64,000 nt of DNA, taken from NCBI GenBank assembly GCA_965248435.1, contig OZ252100.1, positions 3,392,001-3,456,000 on the forward strand, written 5' to 3'. The translations under genes were made by a program, and so were the position numbers. Within the stretch, counting starts at the first letter, position 1, and each line of letters opens with the position of its first letter. This document shows positions 18,617 through 27,778 of this stretch, piece after piece. This DNA is from Candidatus Latescibacterota bacterium (lineage in GTDB: Bacteria; Latescibacterota; UBA2968; GCA-2709665). The notes under the pieces are model-generated. The model was not told the DNA's origin. It was given only the letters and a program-made list of their open reading frames with translations, and did not search any database.

Positions 18617-19891
18617 CTATCGCACAGGTTCGAGGATTTCCCTCGAGCCCACGTAGGGGCGCAGCGCTTTTGGAATGACCACACTTCCGTCTTCCCGCTG
18701 ATGGACCTCAAGGAGCGGAATGAGGATTCGAGGTGATGCGACGACGGTGTTGTTCAGCGTGTGAGCGAAACGCAGCTTTCCTTCCGAGTCGCGGTAGCGG
18801 ATGTTCAAGCGGCGGGCCTGGAAGTCCTGGAAGCTGGAACAGGAGTGTGTTTCACTATAGCCATCCCTGCTCGGCATCCAGCACTCTATGTCGTGCATAC
18901 GATATTTTCCGAGGCCCATCTCCCCCGTGCAGACCTCCACGACTCGGTGGGGAAGCTCCAGCTTGCGAGTGACTTCCTCGGCGTTCTTCAACAGGGTCGC
19001 GTGCATCTCCTCCGAGGCCTCGGGGTTATTCTCACAGATGACCACTTGCTCGACCTTGTCGAACTGGTGAATCCTGTAGACACCACGGGTATCTTTCCCG
19101 TACGTGCCGGCTTCTCTGCGGTAGCACGGACAGTTGCTGACGAACCTGGCAGGGAGGTCCTCAAAGCTCAAGATTTCGTCGGCATAGTATGAGGTGAGGG
19201 AGACCTCCGCAGTACCCACAAGAAAGAGTTCATCCTTTTCCATTTCATAGGCTTGATCCCGCCCCTGCGGGAAATAGGTCGTCCCGACCATAAAAGGCTC
19301 TCTGACCATGACCGGCACAGTGAGGGGGACGAACCCCTGATCCAGCATGTGATCCATGGCGAGTCTCAGGATGGCCCAATGTAACAGGGCGCCTTCTTTC
19401 TTGAGGATGTAGCTTCTGGATCCGGCCAGTTTTACACCTCGTTCGATGTCGAGGATGTCCAGGCCTTCAGCCAAATCGATGTGATCTTTGGGCGTAAAGT
19501 CGAAGTCGGGCGGATCGCCCCATCGACGCACTTCGACGTTGTCCTCGTCGGACTCCCCCTCGGGTACGTCTTCGGCGGGAGGCAGGGGGCAGTAGAGCAT
19601 TAGGTCGTTGATCTCTGCTTCAAGCTGACCGTATTCAGGCTCCAGTTCCTTGAGGGTCTGGACGACCGTCTGCATGCTCACGATCGCGCGACCTTTCTCA
19701 TCACCCTTGAGCGTCGCGATCTCTTTTGACCCTTGGTTTCGCTTCGCGCGCAGGTCATCGATTTCTACACGGAGCTTTCGCAGCCGCGCATCTTTTTCCA
19801 GGAACGCATCCAGGTCAAACTCCAGGCGTTTCTTGCGAGCCGATTCCCGAATCATTTCGGGGTTTTCCCTGATCAGTCGAATATCAACCAT
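18617..19891 (-). CDS. serS: Serine--tRNA ligase
   Basis: VDIRLIRENPE, FTPKDH, LVGTAEV, CYRREAG..GKDTRG.YRIHQFDKVE, DFQARRL.IRY, HTLNNT. Confidence 0.97.
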   Translation of the reverse strand: MVDIRLIRENPEMIRESARKKRLEFDLDAFLEKDARLRKLRVEIDDLRAKRNQGSKEIATLKGDEKGRAIVSMQTVVQTLKELEPEYGQLEAEINDLMLYCPLPPAEDVPEGESDEDNVEVRRWGDPPDFDFTPKDHIDLAEGLDILDIERGVKLAGSRSYILKKEGALLHWAILRLAMDHMLDQGFVPLTVPVMVREPFMVGTTYFPQGRDQAYEMEKDELFLVGTAEVSLTSYYADEILSFEDLPARFVSNCPCYRREAGTYGKDTRGVYRIHQFDKVEQVVICENNPEASEEMHATLLKNAEEVTRKLELPHRVVEVCTGEMGLGKYRMHDIECWMPSRDGYSETHSCSSFQDFQARRLNIRYRDSEGKLRFAHTLNNTVVASPRILIPLLEVHQREDGSVVIPKALRPYVGSREILEPVR

Positions 19892-19912
19892 CTGCCGGGT
19901 TGGACTCCTTCC

Positions 19913-20482
19913 TCAACGAAACGGGACAGGCTCCTCTCGCCCGAGGATTCTGAGAAAGGCCGCAATCTTAACGGCCTTTTCCCGATTCAGCTGTCCAAGC
20001 ACTTCTGCAAGTTGATCATCGTCAAGTTCAAGCAGTAGCGCTGCGGCCTCCCCTGGTTCGCGTTCCTTACAGACTGTGACATACTGGCTCAGAATGTTCT
20101 CCTGGCTGGCCAACTCTTTATTCAAATCCCGTTGTGTCTCCGCTTTGTGTAGATCCAGCGCACGTAACTCCTGCTGCAGTGCTTTGAGAAGGCGTCTGCC
20201 CGCGACCGGTGCGGGCCGGGGTGGCGGAGGAACTGCGTTCACCTTCGGGGGCGCCTCGGCCGGCACCAGGACCGAATCTGCTGAGATTTGGACAGGCGAG
20301 GAGGAGATGACCGAGTCCTGACGGCCCGGATCGACGAGATGTGCCGACCTTTTCTCGGCCTCTACGGACTTTCGAGCCGATGTCTGGGGTCCGGGGTGGT
20401 AAAGGACGATCATGATGGCCAGAACGATCGCAAAGGAACCGAACATGGTGGCGATTAGCAGCGATGCGTGATTTCGACGCAT
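19913..20482 (-). CDS. Membrane-anchored MotE/FlbB/MgtE-N-like coiled-coil protein
   Basis: N-terminal TM, Pro-rich linker, coiled coil, C-terminal EPGEAAALLLELDDDQLAEVLGQLNREKAVKI helical repeat. Confidence 0.6.
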   Translation of the reverse strand: MRRNHASLLIATMFGSFAIVLAIMIVLYHPGPQTSARKSVEAEKRSAHLVDPGRQDSVISSSPVQISADSVLVPAEAPPKVNAVPPPPRPAPVAGRRLLKALQQELRALDLHKAETQRDLNKELASQENILSQYVTVCKEREPGEAAALLLELDDDQLAEVLGQLNREKAVKIAAFLRILGREEPVPFR

Positions 20483-20499
20483 GTTGAAATGGCTCTATG

Positions 20500-20583
20500 C
20501 TACAGCCTTTTATAGAGATAGTAGATGAGTCCCAGTTCGGCTGCCATGAGGGATGCGATGAGCAGGACGAGGGTGGGGCTCAT
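20500..20583 (-). CDS. Uncalled 27-aa single-TM peptide MSPTLVLLIASLMAAELGLIYYLYKRL
   Basis: Hand translation; GGGGG 7 nt before ATG; hydrophobic span then KR; stops 17 bp before the next gene. Confidence 0.55.
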   Translation of the reverse strand: MSPTLVLLIASLMAAELGLIYYLYKRL

Positions 20584-20702
20584 GTGGACGCCCCCGCCTG
20601 GCAGATTTTACCATTTGATGGCTCCATTTGACCAGATTTTATCGATTTCATCAGAACGGTTCGAATGTCCAGGAAGGTGTGAGGTAACCTTAAGTAGTAT
20701 AT

Positions 20703-20715
20703 TAATAGGTTGATA
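20703..20715 (-). promoter_or_regulatory. IHF binding site
   Basis: TATCAA-CCTA-TTA is a perfect WATCAANNNNTTR, 29 bp upstream of a sigma54 -24 box. Confidence 0.6.
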
Positions 20716-20744
20716 TGGAACGCTGTCCTGCATTGTTGGAATGC

Positions 20745-20760
20745 TGGCATACTAATTGCT
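20745..20760 (+). promoter_or_regulatory. sigma54 (-24/-12) promoter
   Basis: (C)TGGCAT-ACTAA-TTGCT. Confidence 0.8.
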
Positions 20761-20817
20761 ATTAAGAATAGGCGTAAGGTAGCTTAAACAAACCGCCCCA
20801 ACAGCGAGGACATTCTC

Positions 20818-20991
20818 ATGATTCCACCGACCGATGTTGAAAGGCGAAACCGATTGGCCTACATGGCCCTTTATTGTGCGATTCAAGGGGATGAGGTCCA
20901 GTCGGAGCAGATGCGGCACATGGTTCGGTTGTTTGACGAGAATACCGAAGTCAACCAGATGCCAGCAGTTGCTGAGCTGGTTTCGGTATAG
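20818..20991 (+). CDS. Uncalled 57-aa protein MIPPTDVERRNRLAYMALYCAIQGDEVQSEQMRHMVRLFDENTEVNQMPAVAELVSV
   Basis: Hand translation; GAGGA RBS 7 nt before ATG; directly downstream of a sigma54 promoter; fills the gap without overlapping the convergent gene. Confidence 0.7.
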   Translation: MIPPTDVERRNRLAYMALYCAIQGDEVQSEQMRHMVRLFDENTEVNQMPAVAELVSV

Positions 20992-21007
20992 CCGCTCCGT
21001 TCCGAGC

Positions 21008-22105
21008 CTACGTGTCACGAAGTAAATCTGCGATCCACTCTATCTGATCTTCCTTCAGTTCGGCGTAGAGCGGCAGGGAAAGAATCTGCGCTACTTGTGA
21101 CTCTGCAACCGGAAGATCTCCCTTCCTGTATCCGAGATGCCTGTAGGCTGTGTGGAGGTGAAGCGGGATCGGGTAGTGGACCTTGGCATCGACGCCCGCC
21201 TTCCTCAAGCGCTGCATCGCAGTGTCCCGGTTCTTGATCCGAACCACATAGTAGGTATAGACGTGGCGGGCGTAAGCGGCCTCGAATGGCGCCTGGACGT
21301 CACTTGCGTCAAATAACGAATTGTATCGCCCCGCGAGCTGTCTCCGCTTTTCGATCCACGCCTCAAGGTGTCGCAGTTTGACGCTCAGGACTGCGGCCTG
21401 AATCCCGTCAAGCCGGTAATTGAATCCCGGCATCTGCTGTTCCCGATTGTCCTCCGTACCGTGATCGCTCAGTATCTTCATTCGCTTCGCGAAATCCGGA
21501 TCTGTAGTGACCACGATCCCCGCATCCCCGTAGGCACCAAGTATTTTTCCAGGATAGAAACTGTAGGTTGCCGCGGTCCCAAAGTGGCCTGCGCGCTTTT
21601 TTTTGTATTCAGCGCCGTGTGCCTGGGCCGCATCTTCAACCACGGGCAGGTCGTGTTCTCGAGCGATTTCGAGGATCGGGTCCATGTCTGCCATGTGCCC
21701 GTAGAGGTGTACAGGCACGATCGCACGTGTCTTCTTTGTGACTGCCGCCCTCACCTTCGATTCATCCAGGTTGTAGGTATCCTCCTCTACATCGACAAAG
21801 ACGGGCCGTGCCCCTGTTTGCGCGATCGTTTCGGCGGTGGCCATGAAGGTGTTGGGCGCGGTGATGACTTCGTCGCCGGGACCGATACTCAGCGCCGCGA
21901 AAGCCAGGTGTAATGCGGTCGTGCCAGAGCTTGCACCCACAGCGTGCGGAAGGCCGCAGTAATCTGCAAAGGCCTCCTCGAATGCGAGCACACGGGGACC
22001 GCGCACAAAACTGTTCTCCCGGATCACATCCTGAATCGCCTGGTTGATCTCGTGCTGGATGGTCTGGTATTGCGCCGTAAGGTCTACGAGCGGAATTTGA
22101 TCCAT
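21008..22105 (-). CDS. DegT/DnrJ/EryC1/StrS family PLP sugar aminotransferase
   Basis: IPLVDL.AQY, SGTTALH, PVHLYG, EDAAQAHGA, SFYPGK.LGAYGD, NYRLD.IQAA. Confidence 0.93.
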   Translation of the reverse strand: MDQIPLVDLTAQYQTIQHEINQAIQDVIRENSFVRGPRVLAFEEAFADYCGLPHAVGASSGTTALHLAFAALSIGPGDEVITAPNTFMATAETIAQTGARPVFVDVEEDTYNLDESKVRAAVTKKTRAIVPVHLYGHMADMDPILEIAREHDLPVVEDAAQAHGAEYKKKRAGHFGTAATYSFYPGKILGAYGDAGIVVTTDPDFAKRMKILSDHGTEDNREQQMPGFNYRLDGIQAAVLSVKLRHLEAWIEKRRQLAGRYNSLFDASDVQAPFEAAYARHVYTYYVVRIKNRDTAMQRLRKAGVDAKVHYPIPLHLHTAYRHLGYRKGDLPVAESQVAQILSLPLYAELKEDQIEWIADLLRDT

Positions 22106-22135
22106 GCGTGCTCGCTCCTCAGGATGCGACCTGGG

Positions 22136-23323
22136 TCAGGTACACGATCTATACTCCTCGACCAACAGGTCTGTGATCCTATCCCAACCGAAGAAATCCT
22201 GAGAGAACCGATAGCCCTCCTCTCCCAATCGTTTCGCTAAACTGTCGTTTGTCAGCACGCGGACGATTGCGTCTGCGAGTGCTTCCGGATCTTTTTGAGG
22301 AACCAGCAGTCCGGTCTCACCATCCTTTATCACATCCGGAATTCCTCCCACGTTCGACCCGATGATCGGCTTTTTGTATGACATCGCCTCTAGAAAGACG
22401 ACCCCGAGCATCTCTGTGTCGCCCCGTGAGTCGACGATCGCCGGAAGCACGAAGACATCGCACTCCTGGTAGCGTTGCGGCAGCTCGTCTGAGGGCACGC
22501 CTCTTTCCATGGTGACGAAGTCGGAAACGCCGGCCTGTTGGATTGCCTCCTTCACGATTTCTTCGCGGTCTCCGCTGCTGTAGACGATCCTCAAATGGGC
22601 ATCGATCCCGCGCGAGCGGACAAGGGGAAGCGCGTTCACGAGGACCTCAGGCCCCTTTCTCTCGATGAGACGGGCAACGAACAGAATCTGTTTCCTGCGG
22701 GAGGGCTGCTTAGGGACCTGGCCGTCGGTCTCGATTTTGAAGGATGAACCGAAAGGGATGATGTTGATGTTGCGGTCGTGGATCGCCTTGGCCTTGGAGG
22801 CCGGAAATGTGGTGATCGCGTCGACGACGTCCGCTTTTTTCATGAAGAATCGAATGAAGGCCCTCGCGGGCGCGAAGCGCTCTGCCAGCATCAGTTCCGC
22901 GCCGTAGAACCGGAGTCCGAACCCGGCCCTTTGCAGTCGGGACCCAACCCAGGCGAACAGGGCGTGAGGAAAAGGCCAGTGGGCCTGAAACAAATCGTAG
23001 CGCCTCGTCGCGCAGAGCCGAATCATGGCCAATGTCCCGAACAGAATGTAGAAAACGGCGAGGAGGGCGTAAAGGGGAGAGCGTCTAATTTTGTTCGGTG
23101 CCCCCTCCTGGTGAGTGAGGATCTCCCATCGCCGGAAGAAGTATCGAAATCTGTGAACCTGAGCCCCCGAGATGGTGTGTGACTTGATCCCCTGGTAGGA
23201 GGGCGCAAAGATTTCCACGACGACCCCGCGTTTGCGAAGGCGCTTGACCGATTCGAGAAGCCAGGGTACTTCCGAATCGCCGTCGAATCGAGGAAACGTT
23301 GAAACCGCGTAACAGACTCTCAT
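22136..23323 (-). CDS. Glycosyltransferase family 4
   Basis: FVARLIERKG, DVFVLP, E.LGVVFLEAM, NVGGIPDVI..GETG. Confidence 0.9.
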   Translation of the reverse strand: MRVCYAVSTFPRFDGDSEVPWLLESVKRLRKRGVVVEIFAPSYQGIKSHTISGAQVHRFRYFFRRWEILTHQEGAPNKIRRSPLYALLAVFYILFGTLAMIRLCATRRYDLFQAHWPFPHALFAWVGSRLQRAGFGLRFYGAELMLAERFAPARAFIRFFMKKADVVDAITTFPASKAKAIHDRNINIIPFGSSFKIETDGQVPKQPSRRKQILFVARLIERKGPEVLVNALPLVRSRGIDAHLRIVYSSGDREEIVKEAIQQAGVSDFVTMERGVPSDELPQRYQECDVFVLPAIVDSRGDTEMLGVVFLEAMSYKKPIIGSNVGGIPDVIKDGETGLLVPQKDPEALADAIVRVLTNDSLAKRLGEEGYRFSQDFFGWDRITDLLVEEYRSCT

Positions 23324-23375
23324 CTGGAGGCTTCGATTGAGGTGGCGCCACCTGGATGGAACGGAAGAAGGGGAG

Positions 23376-24308
23376 TCAGGACAGGATTCTTTTGACGTTG
23401 AAGTTTTCGTGTGCCTTCGAACTCTTTGCGATCATGTCGGCGATCAAACCGGTACAAACGAACTGGACCCCCAGGACGGTGAGCAGTACACCCAGAAAGA
23501 GGAGCGGGTAGCGGTGCTGGACATTTCCGAGGCGGATCCAGAGTGATGCGATGTACGCATTAATGATCGATCCGAAAGTAGCCAAGATGACGCCCACCAT
23601 ACCGAAGAGGTGAAGCGGGCGTCCCATGTAGCGTCCGAGGTACATCACCGTAAGCAGGTCAAGGAAGCCTTTCAAGAGCCGAGTCCATCCGTACTTGGTG
23701 ACTCCGAATTTGCGGCGATGATGCTGAACTTCGAGTTCGGCGATGCGATATCCCTCCAAATGGGCCAGCACCGGAATATACCGGTGGAGCTCTCCATAGA
23801 TCTTTATGTCTTTGACGACCTCAGCCCGGTAGGCCTTCAAGCCGCAGTTGAAATCGTGGATGGGAATCCCGTAGAGGATTCCCGTCACCCAATTGAAGAA
23901 CCGGGAAGGAATGACTTTTCGGAGGGGATCCAGTCGTTTCTTTTTCCAGCCCGACACGAGATCATAACCCTCTTCGATTTTTGCGATTAATGAGGGGATC
24001 TCTGCAGGTTCGTCCTGCAGGTCAGCATCCATCGTGATCACGTATTTTCCGGCTGCGCGCTCGAAAGCCGCCGCGTAGGCCGCGGCTTTGCCGAAGTTGC
24101 GACGGAACTGGATCACCTTCACCTCTGAGTAGGCTTCGTGAAGTTCCTCGAGTACATCCGCAGAACCATCCCTGCTTCCGTCGTCAACGAAGATCACTTC
24201 GTAGGACCGTTCGTAGGCAGCCATGGCGGTCTGAATCTTGTCGTGGAGAGGCCGAAGGCTCTCCTTCTCGTCCAGAAGGGGAATGATAATGGTGATCTCA
24301 ACCGACAT
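23376..24308 (-). CDS. GT2 polyprenol-phosphate glycosyltransferase (ArnC/GtrB-like), two C-terminal TMs
   Basis: FVDDGSRD, RNFGKAAA, MDADLQD, DFNCGLKAYR, GELHRYIP. Confidence 0.9.
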   Translation of the reverse strand: MSVEITIIIPLLDEKESLRPLHDKIQTAMAAYERSYEVIFVDDGSRDGSADVLEELHEAYSEVKVIQFRRNFGKAAAYAAAFERAAGKYVITMDADLQDEPAEIPSLIAKIEEGYDLVSGWKKKRLDPLRKVIPSRFFNWVTGILYGIPIHDFNCGLKAYRAEVVKDIKIYGELHRYIPVLAHLEGYRIAELEVQHHRRKFGVTKYGWTRLLKGFLDLLTVMYLGRYMGRPLHLFGMVGVILATFGSIINAYIASLWIRLGNVQHRYPLLFLGVLLTVLGVQFVCTGLIADMIAKSSKAHENFNVKRILS

Positions 24309-24409
24309 AACGAACCCACAATTCCGTTTGAGATTTACGCATGCGATCGAATTGAAGATAGCAAACCAGGTTTGGTTTTACAAGCCCCTGAGGGCAGTGA
24401 GGCGGCGGT

Positions 24410-25411
24410 CTATCCGTCTATCTCGGCGAGGAGGCGATCGAAGGCCTCGGTGACGTGATGGACCTGGATCCAGCGCATGGCCTCGGCGTTTCGGGGGATT
24501 TCGGGTGGGGGCTGGACAACGATGCTGTGCTGCCCATTCGGATAGGGCCCCCACTGGCGACTGCACGTCGGGCCGAACAGGGCGACCATCGGGGTGCGAA
24601 CCGCCGCGCCTAGGTGCATGGGAAACGAGTCGATCGTAACCAAACAGGTGCTCCCTTTTAGCAGCTCCGCAGATTGGAGGAGGCTGAACCTCCCCGCAAG
24701 ATTCAGGGCCTCCGTCCGCATATGGCTTCTGATCGCTTCCACGTAATCTCGCTCGGAAGGACCCCCGTTGATCAGGACGTGATATCCGCGATCGGCGATG
24801 TGGTCCGCGACACTCGCCCATCGTGTTGTTGCCCAGTGTTTTGAAGGTTTGCGGGCAGTGACCCCGAGTACGACAGCAGGCGAGACGTCGTTCAAGAGAT
24901 CTCTGACAGGCGCCTGATTCTCGGCCTCGGGAAAGAGGCGAAAACAGGGCGAGGGTTGGGCCCCATCCGACCCCGGGATGAGGTCCATGTAGCAATCCAC
25001 AACGTGTTTTTCCCACGAATAGGAGACGATGTGAGACCACGCCCAGCAAGACTTCGGCGTGTTGAACCCCCATCGCTCTCGTCCACCGCAAAGACGGGCA
25101 AATGCCGCGGTCTTGAACGAAACAGGGAGTGTGAAAATTCGATCGAAACTACGAGCTCGAACCTGGCTGAGGGAAGGCAACAGGCACTTCCAGGGGCCCA
25201 TCGCGCCGTTTGCGAGCCAGGGCAGGTCACAGGCGATGATCTGATCGGCGTCAGGATTTCCTCTGAGGAGATCGGTTGACCAGGACCCCAAAAGGACACA
25301 AAGGTGAGCATCCGGAAACCTCTTGCGCGTGCCGTGGATGAACGGCGTGGAGAGCAGCACGTCTCCGAGGTGATTCGGCTGAAGGATCAGAATCTGTTCG
25401 CGAGTGGTCAA
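24410..25411 (-). CDS. Glycosyltransferase family 9 (heptosyltransferase-like)
   Basis: HLGDVLLSTP, K.W...RW, DSFPMHLGAA..TP.VALFGPT...WGP. Confidence 0.88.
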   Translation of the reverse strand: MTTREQILILQPNHLGDVLLSTPFIHGTRKRFPDAHLCVLLGSWSTDLLRGNPDADQIIACDLPWLANGAMGPWKCLLPSLSQVRARSFDRIFTLPVSFKTAAFARLCGGRERWGFNTPKSCWAWSHIVSYSWEKHVVDCYMDLIPGSDGAQPSPCFRLFPEAENQAPVRDLLNDVSPAVVLGVTARKPSKHWATTRWASVADHIADRGYHVLINGGPSERDYVEAIRSHMRTEALNLAGRFSLLQSAELLKGSTCLVTIDSFPMHLGAAVRTPMVALFGPTCSRQWGPYPNGQHSIVVQPPPEIPRNAEAMRWIQVHHVTEAFDRLLAEIDG

Positions 25412-25492
25412 ATGAGTTGATCGCGGCCTGTCTGGAGGTGTACAGACAATCCGCTGCAGTCCTTGCCTTTGGAAAAACGTGTCTTGTAGACC

Positions 25493-26980
25493 TTACGAAG
25501 GATCCGGTCTGCGGACGATCGCCACGATGGAGAGACCTGGTAGAGGAAGTATCTGATCCAGGATTCGCCAGAGCCAGACGAAACTGTCGAAGAACTTCAG
25601 CTGAAGTTTTCCAAACCTCCTCCGCCTGAAAATCTTCCCATTGATCAACCACGCGATAAGCCCGATTCGATTCAGGGAAAAGAGGCGTTCAACCCTGAAT
25701 CCCACCTCTTCGCACGCAGCCTGCAACGTCTTCCTGGAGTATCGCCGCCGAAACTGGAGCACGCGGTCGAGGGATCCGTAGAGCCACTGCCCTTGTGACG
25801 CGAGAATGATGGCCGTCCCACCGGGCATCAGAGCCTGGTGAATGTTTGTGAGCGCCTGTCGATCATCCTCCAGAAGTTCGAGGACGTTCAAACAGAGGAC
25901 GGTGTCGACCCTTCGAACGGGATCCGGCGCCTCGCTCTTCTCAGGATCGATTTCCTTCACGTCCATCCAATCGTAGGCCCCGAACCGACTCTGCAGATAC
26001 TCGACATTCAGAGGATCGGAATCACTCAACGTGTATGAGCTTCGAGGAAGCAACTTCATCGTGATGCTGCCGAGCCCGGCATTGATCTCCCAGACATTTT
26101 CTCCGACCCAAGGGGAGACAGTTTCTGCAACCCACTTTCTGGCGCGATGTGTTTGAGAAAGGCTGTAGAGGGCCGCGCGCCCGTGATGTTCGGTGTAGAT
26201 GTCGTCTACGAGCCAGAAATAGATGATTGTCCACAAGGCCCCGAAGCCGTCGCGCCACTTTATCTTTTTTCCTTCATCCTGACTTCGTCCACGATACGAG
26301 ATAGGCACTTCGTAGATTCGGCATCCTCTCTTGGAGAACTTGGCGGTCAACTCGGGTTCGATGTTGAATCGGTGAGACCGGAGTGGTATGGATTTCAGGA
26401 TGCTGCTTTTCACTGCCTTGTAGCAGGTCTCCATATCGGTGAGGACCAGGTCTGTGAAAATGTTGGATACGACTGTGAGGAACCAGTTTCCGAACGCGTG
26501 CCAGAAGAAGTGCACTTGGCGATATTCACTGGAGAGGAATCGTGATCCATATACGACGTCTGCGTCTCCGTTGATGATCGGCAAAAGCAGACTTCCGTAG
26601 TCCCTGGGATCGTATTCCAGATCGGCGTCTTGTATCAAGCAGATGTCGCCTGTCGCGTGCTGGATTGCGGTCTGAATCGCAGCGCCCTTTCCCTGATTGC
26701 TCTCGTGGCGGAAGAGTCGCAGCGACCCGGGCTTGCTGGCCCGCAATCTCCCCAGTATTTCCCACGTCCCGTCTTCTGAGCAATCATCGACGATGATCAA
26801 TTCCCTGCTCATTCCAGCGGGAAGGGGCGCATCCAGGACCTGCTGGATGAGCTGCTCGATGAAATAGCGTTCGTTGAAGACGGGAATCAGGACACTTACG
26901 CTGCGAAAGTCCACGTAGGGAACCCCTGTATCTCGTGTCTCATGACGTTGCTCAATCAGGTCGTGTCGAACACTCTGCAT
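25493..26980 (-). CDS. GT2 (DPM1-like) fused to class I methyltransferase domain
   Basis: VDDCSEDGT, NQGKGAA, QDADLEYDP, DMETCYK, YRGR...EGKKI.W.DG; C-terminal LNVLELLEDD..L.PGG. Confidence 0.87.
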   Translation of the reverse strand: MQSVRHDLIEQRHETRDTGVPYVDFRSVSVLIPVFNERYFIEQLIQQVLDAPLPAGMSRELIIVDDCSEDGTWEILGRLRASKPGSLRLFRHESNQGKGAAIQTAIQHATGDICLIQDADLEYDPRDYGSLLLPIINGDADVVYGSRFLSSEYRQVHFFWHAFGNWFLTVVSNIFTDLVLTDMETCYKAVKSSILKSIPLRSHRFNIEPELTAKFSKRGCRIYEVPISYRGRSQDEGKKIKWRDGFGALWTIIYFWLVDDIYTEHHGRAALYSLSQTHRARKWVAETVSPWVGENVWEINAGLGSITMKLLPRSSYTLSDSDPLNVEYLQSRFGAYDWMDVKEIDPEKSEAPDPVRRVDTVLCLNVLELLEDDRQALTNIHQALMPGGTAIILASQGQWLYGSLDRVLQFRRRYSRKTLQAACEEVGFRVERLFSLNRIGLIAWLINGKIFRRRRFGKLQLKFFDSFVWLWRILDQILPLPGLSIVAIVRRPDPS

Positions 26981-27013
26981 GAATAACGCGGTAGCGTAAG
27001 GCCTTTGTTCGGC

Positions 27014-27745
27014 CTATTTCTCTCTCCGCAGGTAACCGCTGGGATTGCACGTCATCAGGAGCTTTTCTCTCGTCCGGTCAACCCTAAATCCGTCATTCAC
27101 CTGAATGAATTCTTCGATTGCTTCCATCGGGCCCGGCCCATGTTCGGGAAGAACCGGATGTCCATTGACGTTAGAGTCCTCGACGATGAGGTAATTTCCT
27201 ACGGTCACGAGCTTGCTGTAAATAGCCAACTCTTTGAGCACATGGTCCTTCTTGTGATCTGAATCCAGAATGACCATAACGTTATTGGAGTTGCCCTCTA
27301 TCTCCTGGTAAAGCCTCTGCAGGGTATGATCGGCTGTTGACGATCCGGTGATGTATGTGATGCGTTTATGTTCCGGGCGAGGTTTGCTGTGATCTATGTC
27401 GATCGTCACGATTCTGCCGTGATCCACCAGATCACAGACGGATGCAATGTAGAGCGCGCTTCCACCGTAGCAGGTTCCCGTTTCGATGATGACGTCGGGC
27501 CTCAGTTCGAAGATGATCTCCTGGTAGATCCACAAGTCCAGTGGGCATTTGGTAATCCTCACGCCCAGGAACGTCGTGTTGTTCCACGTCTCGCCGAACG
27601 CTTCAGATTCGTAGTAGAGCCGATGGAACTGATTGATGACATCATCCCGGACTTTAGGTCTGAGGTAAGCGGCCTTGAGGAGAGAACGACGAAATGTTCT
27701 TGCCTCAGCAATTACACGCTGAAGCAGGTTCGCTGCGATTCCCAT
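27014..27745 (-). CDS. CmcI (cephalosporin hydroxylase) family methyltransferase
   Basis: K.PLDLWIYQEII..LRPDVIIETGT..GGSA, VILDSDH, G.YLIVED, GPMEA, NPSGYL. Confidence 0.88.
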   Translation of the reverse strand: MGIAANLLQRVIAEARTFRRSLLKAAYLRPKVRDDVINQFHRLYYESEAFGETWNNTTFLGVRITKCPLDLWIYQEIIFELRPDVIIETGTCYGGSALYIASVCDLVDHGRIVTIDIDHSKPRPEHKRITYITGSSTADHTLQRLYQEIEGNSNNVMVILDSDHKKDHVLKELAIYSKLVTVGNYLIVEDSNVNGHPVLPEHGPGPMEAIEEFIQVNDGFRVDRTREKLLMTCNPSGYLRREK

Positions 27746-27778
27746 GGGGTTCCACCTCCCTTTAGCGGCGATCCCGGA

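Noticed and set aside
20716-20732. Second sigma54-like motif TGGAACGCTGTCCTGCA
   Set aside because: GG-to-GC spacing is 11, not the strictly required 10.
20834-21025. 63-aa ORF in the track
   Set aside because: No RBS and it overlaps the convergent aminotransferase; the 57-aa frame at 20818 has a proper SD and no overlap.
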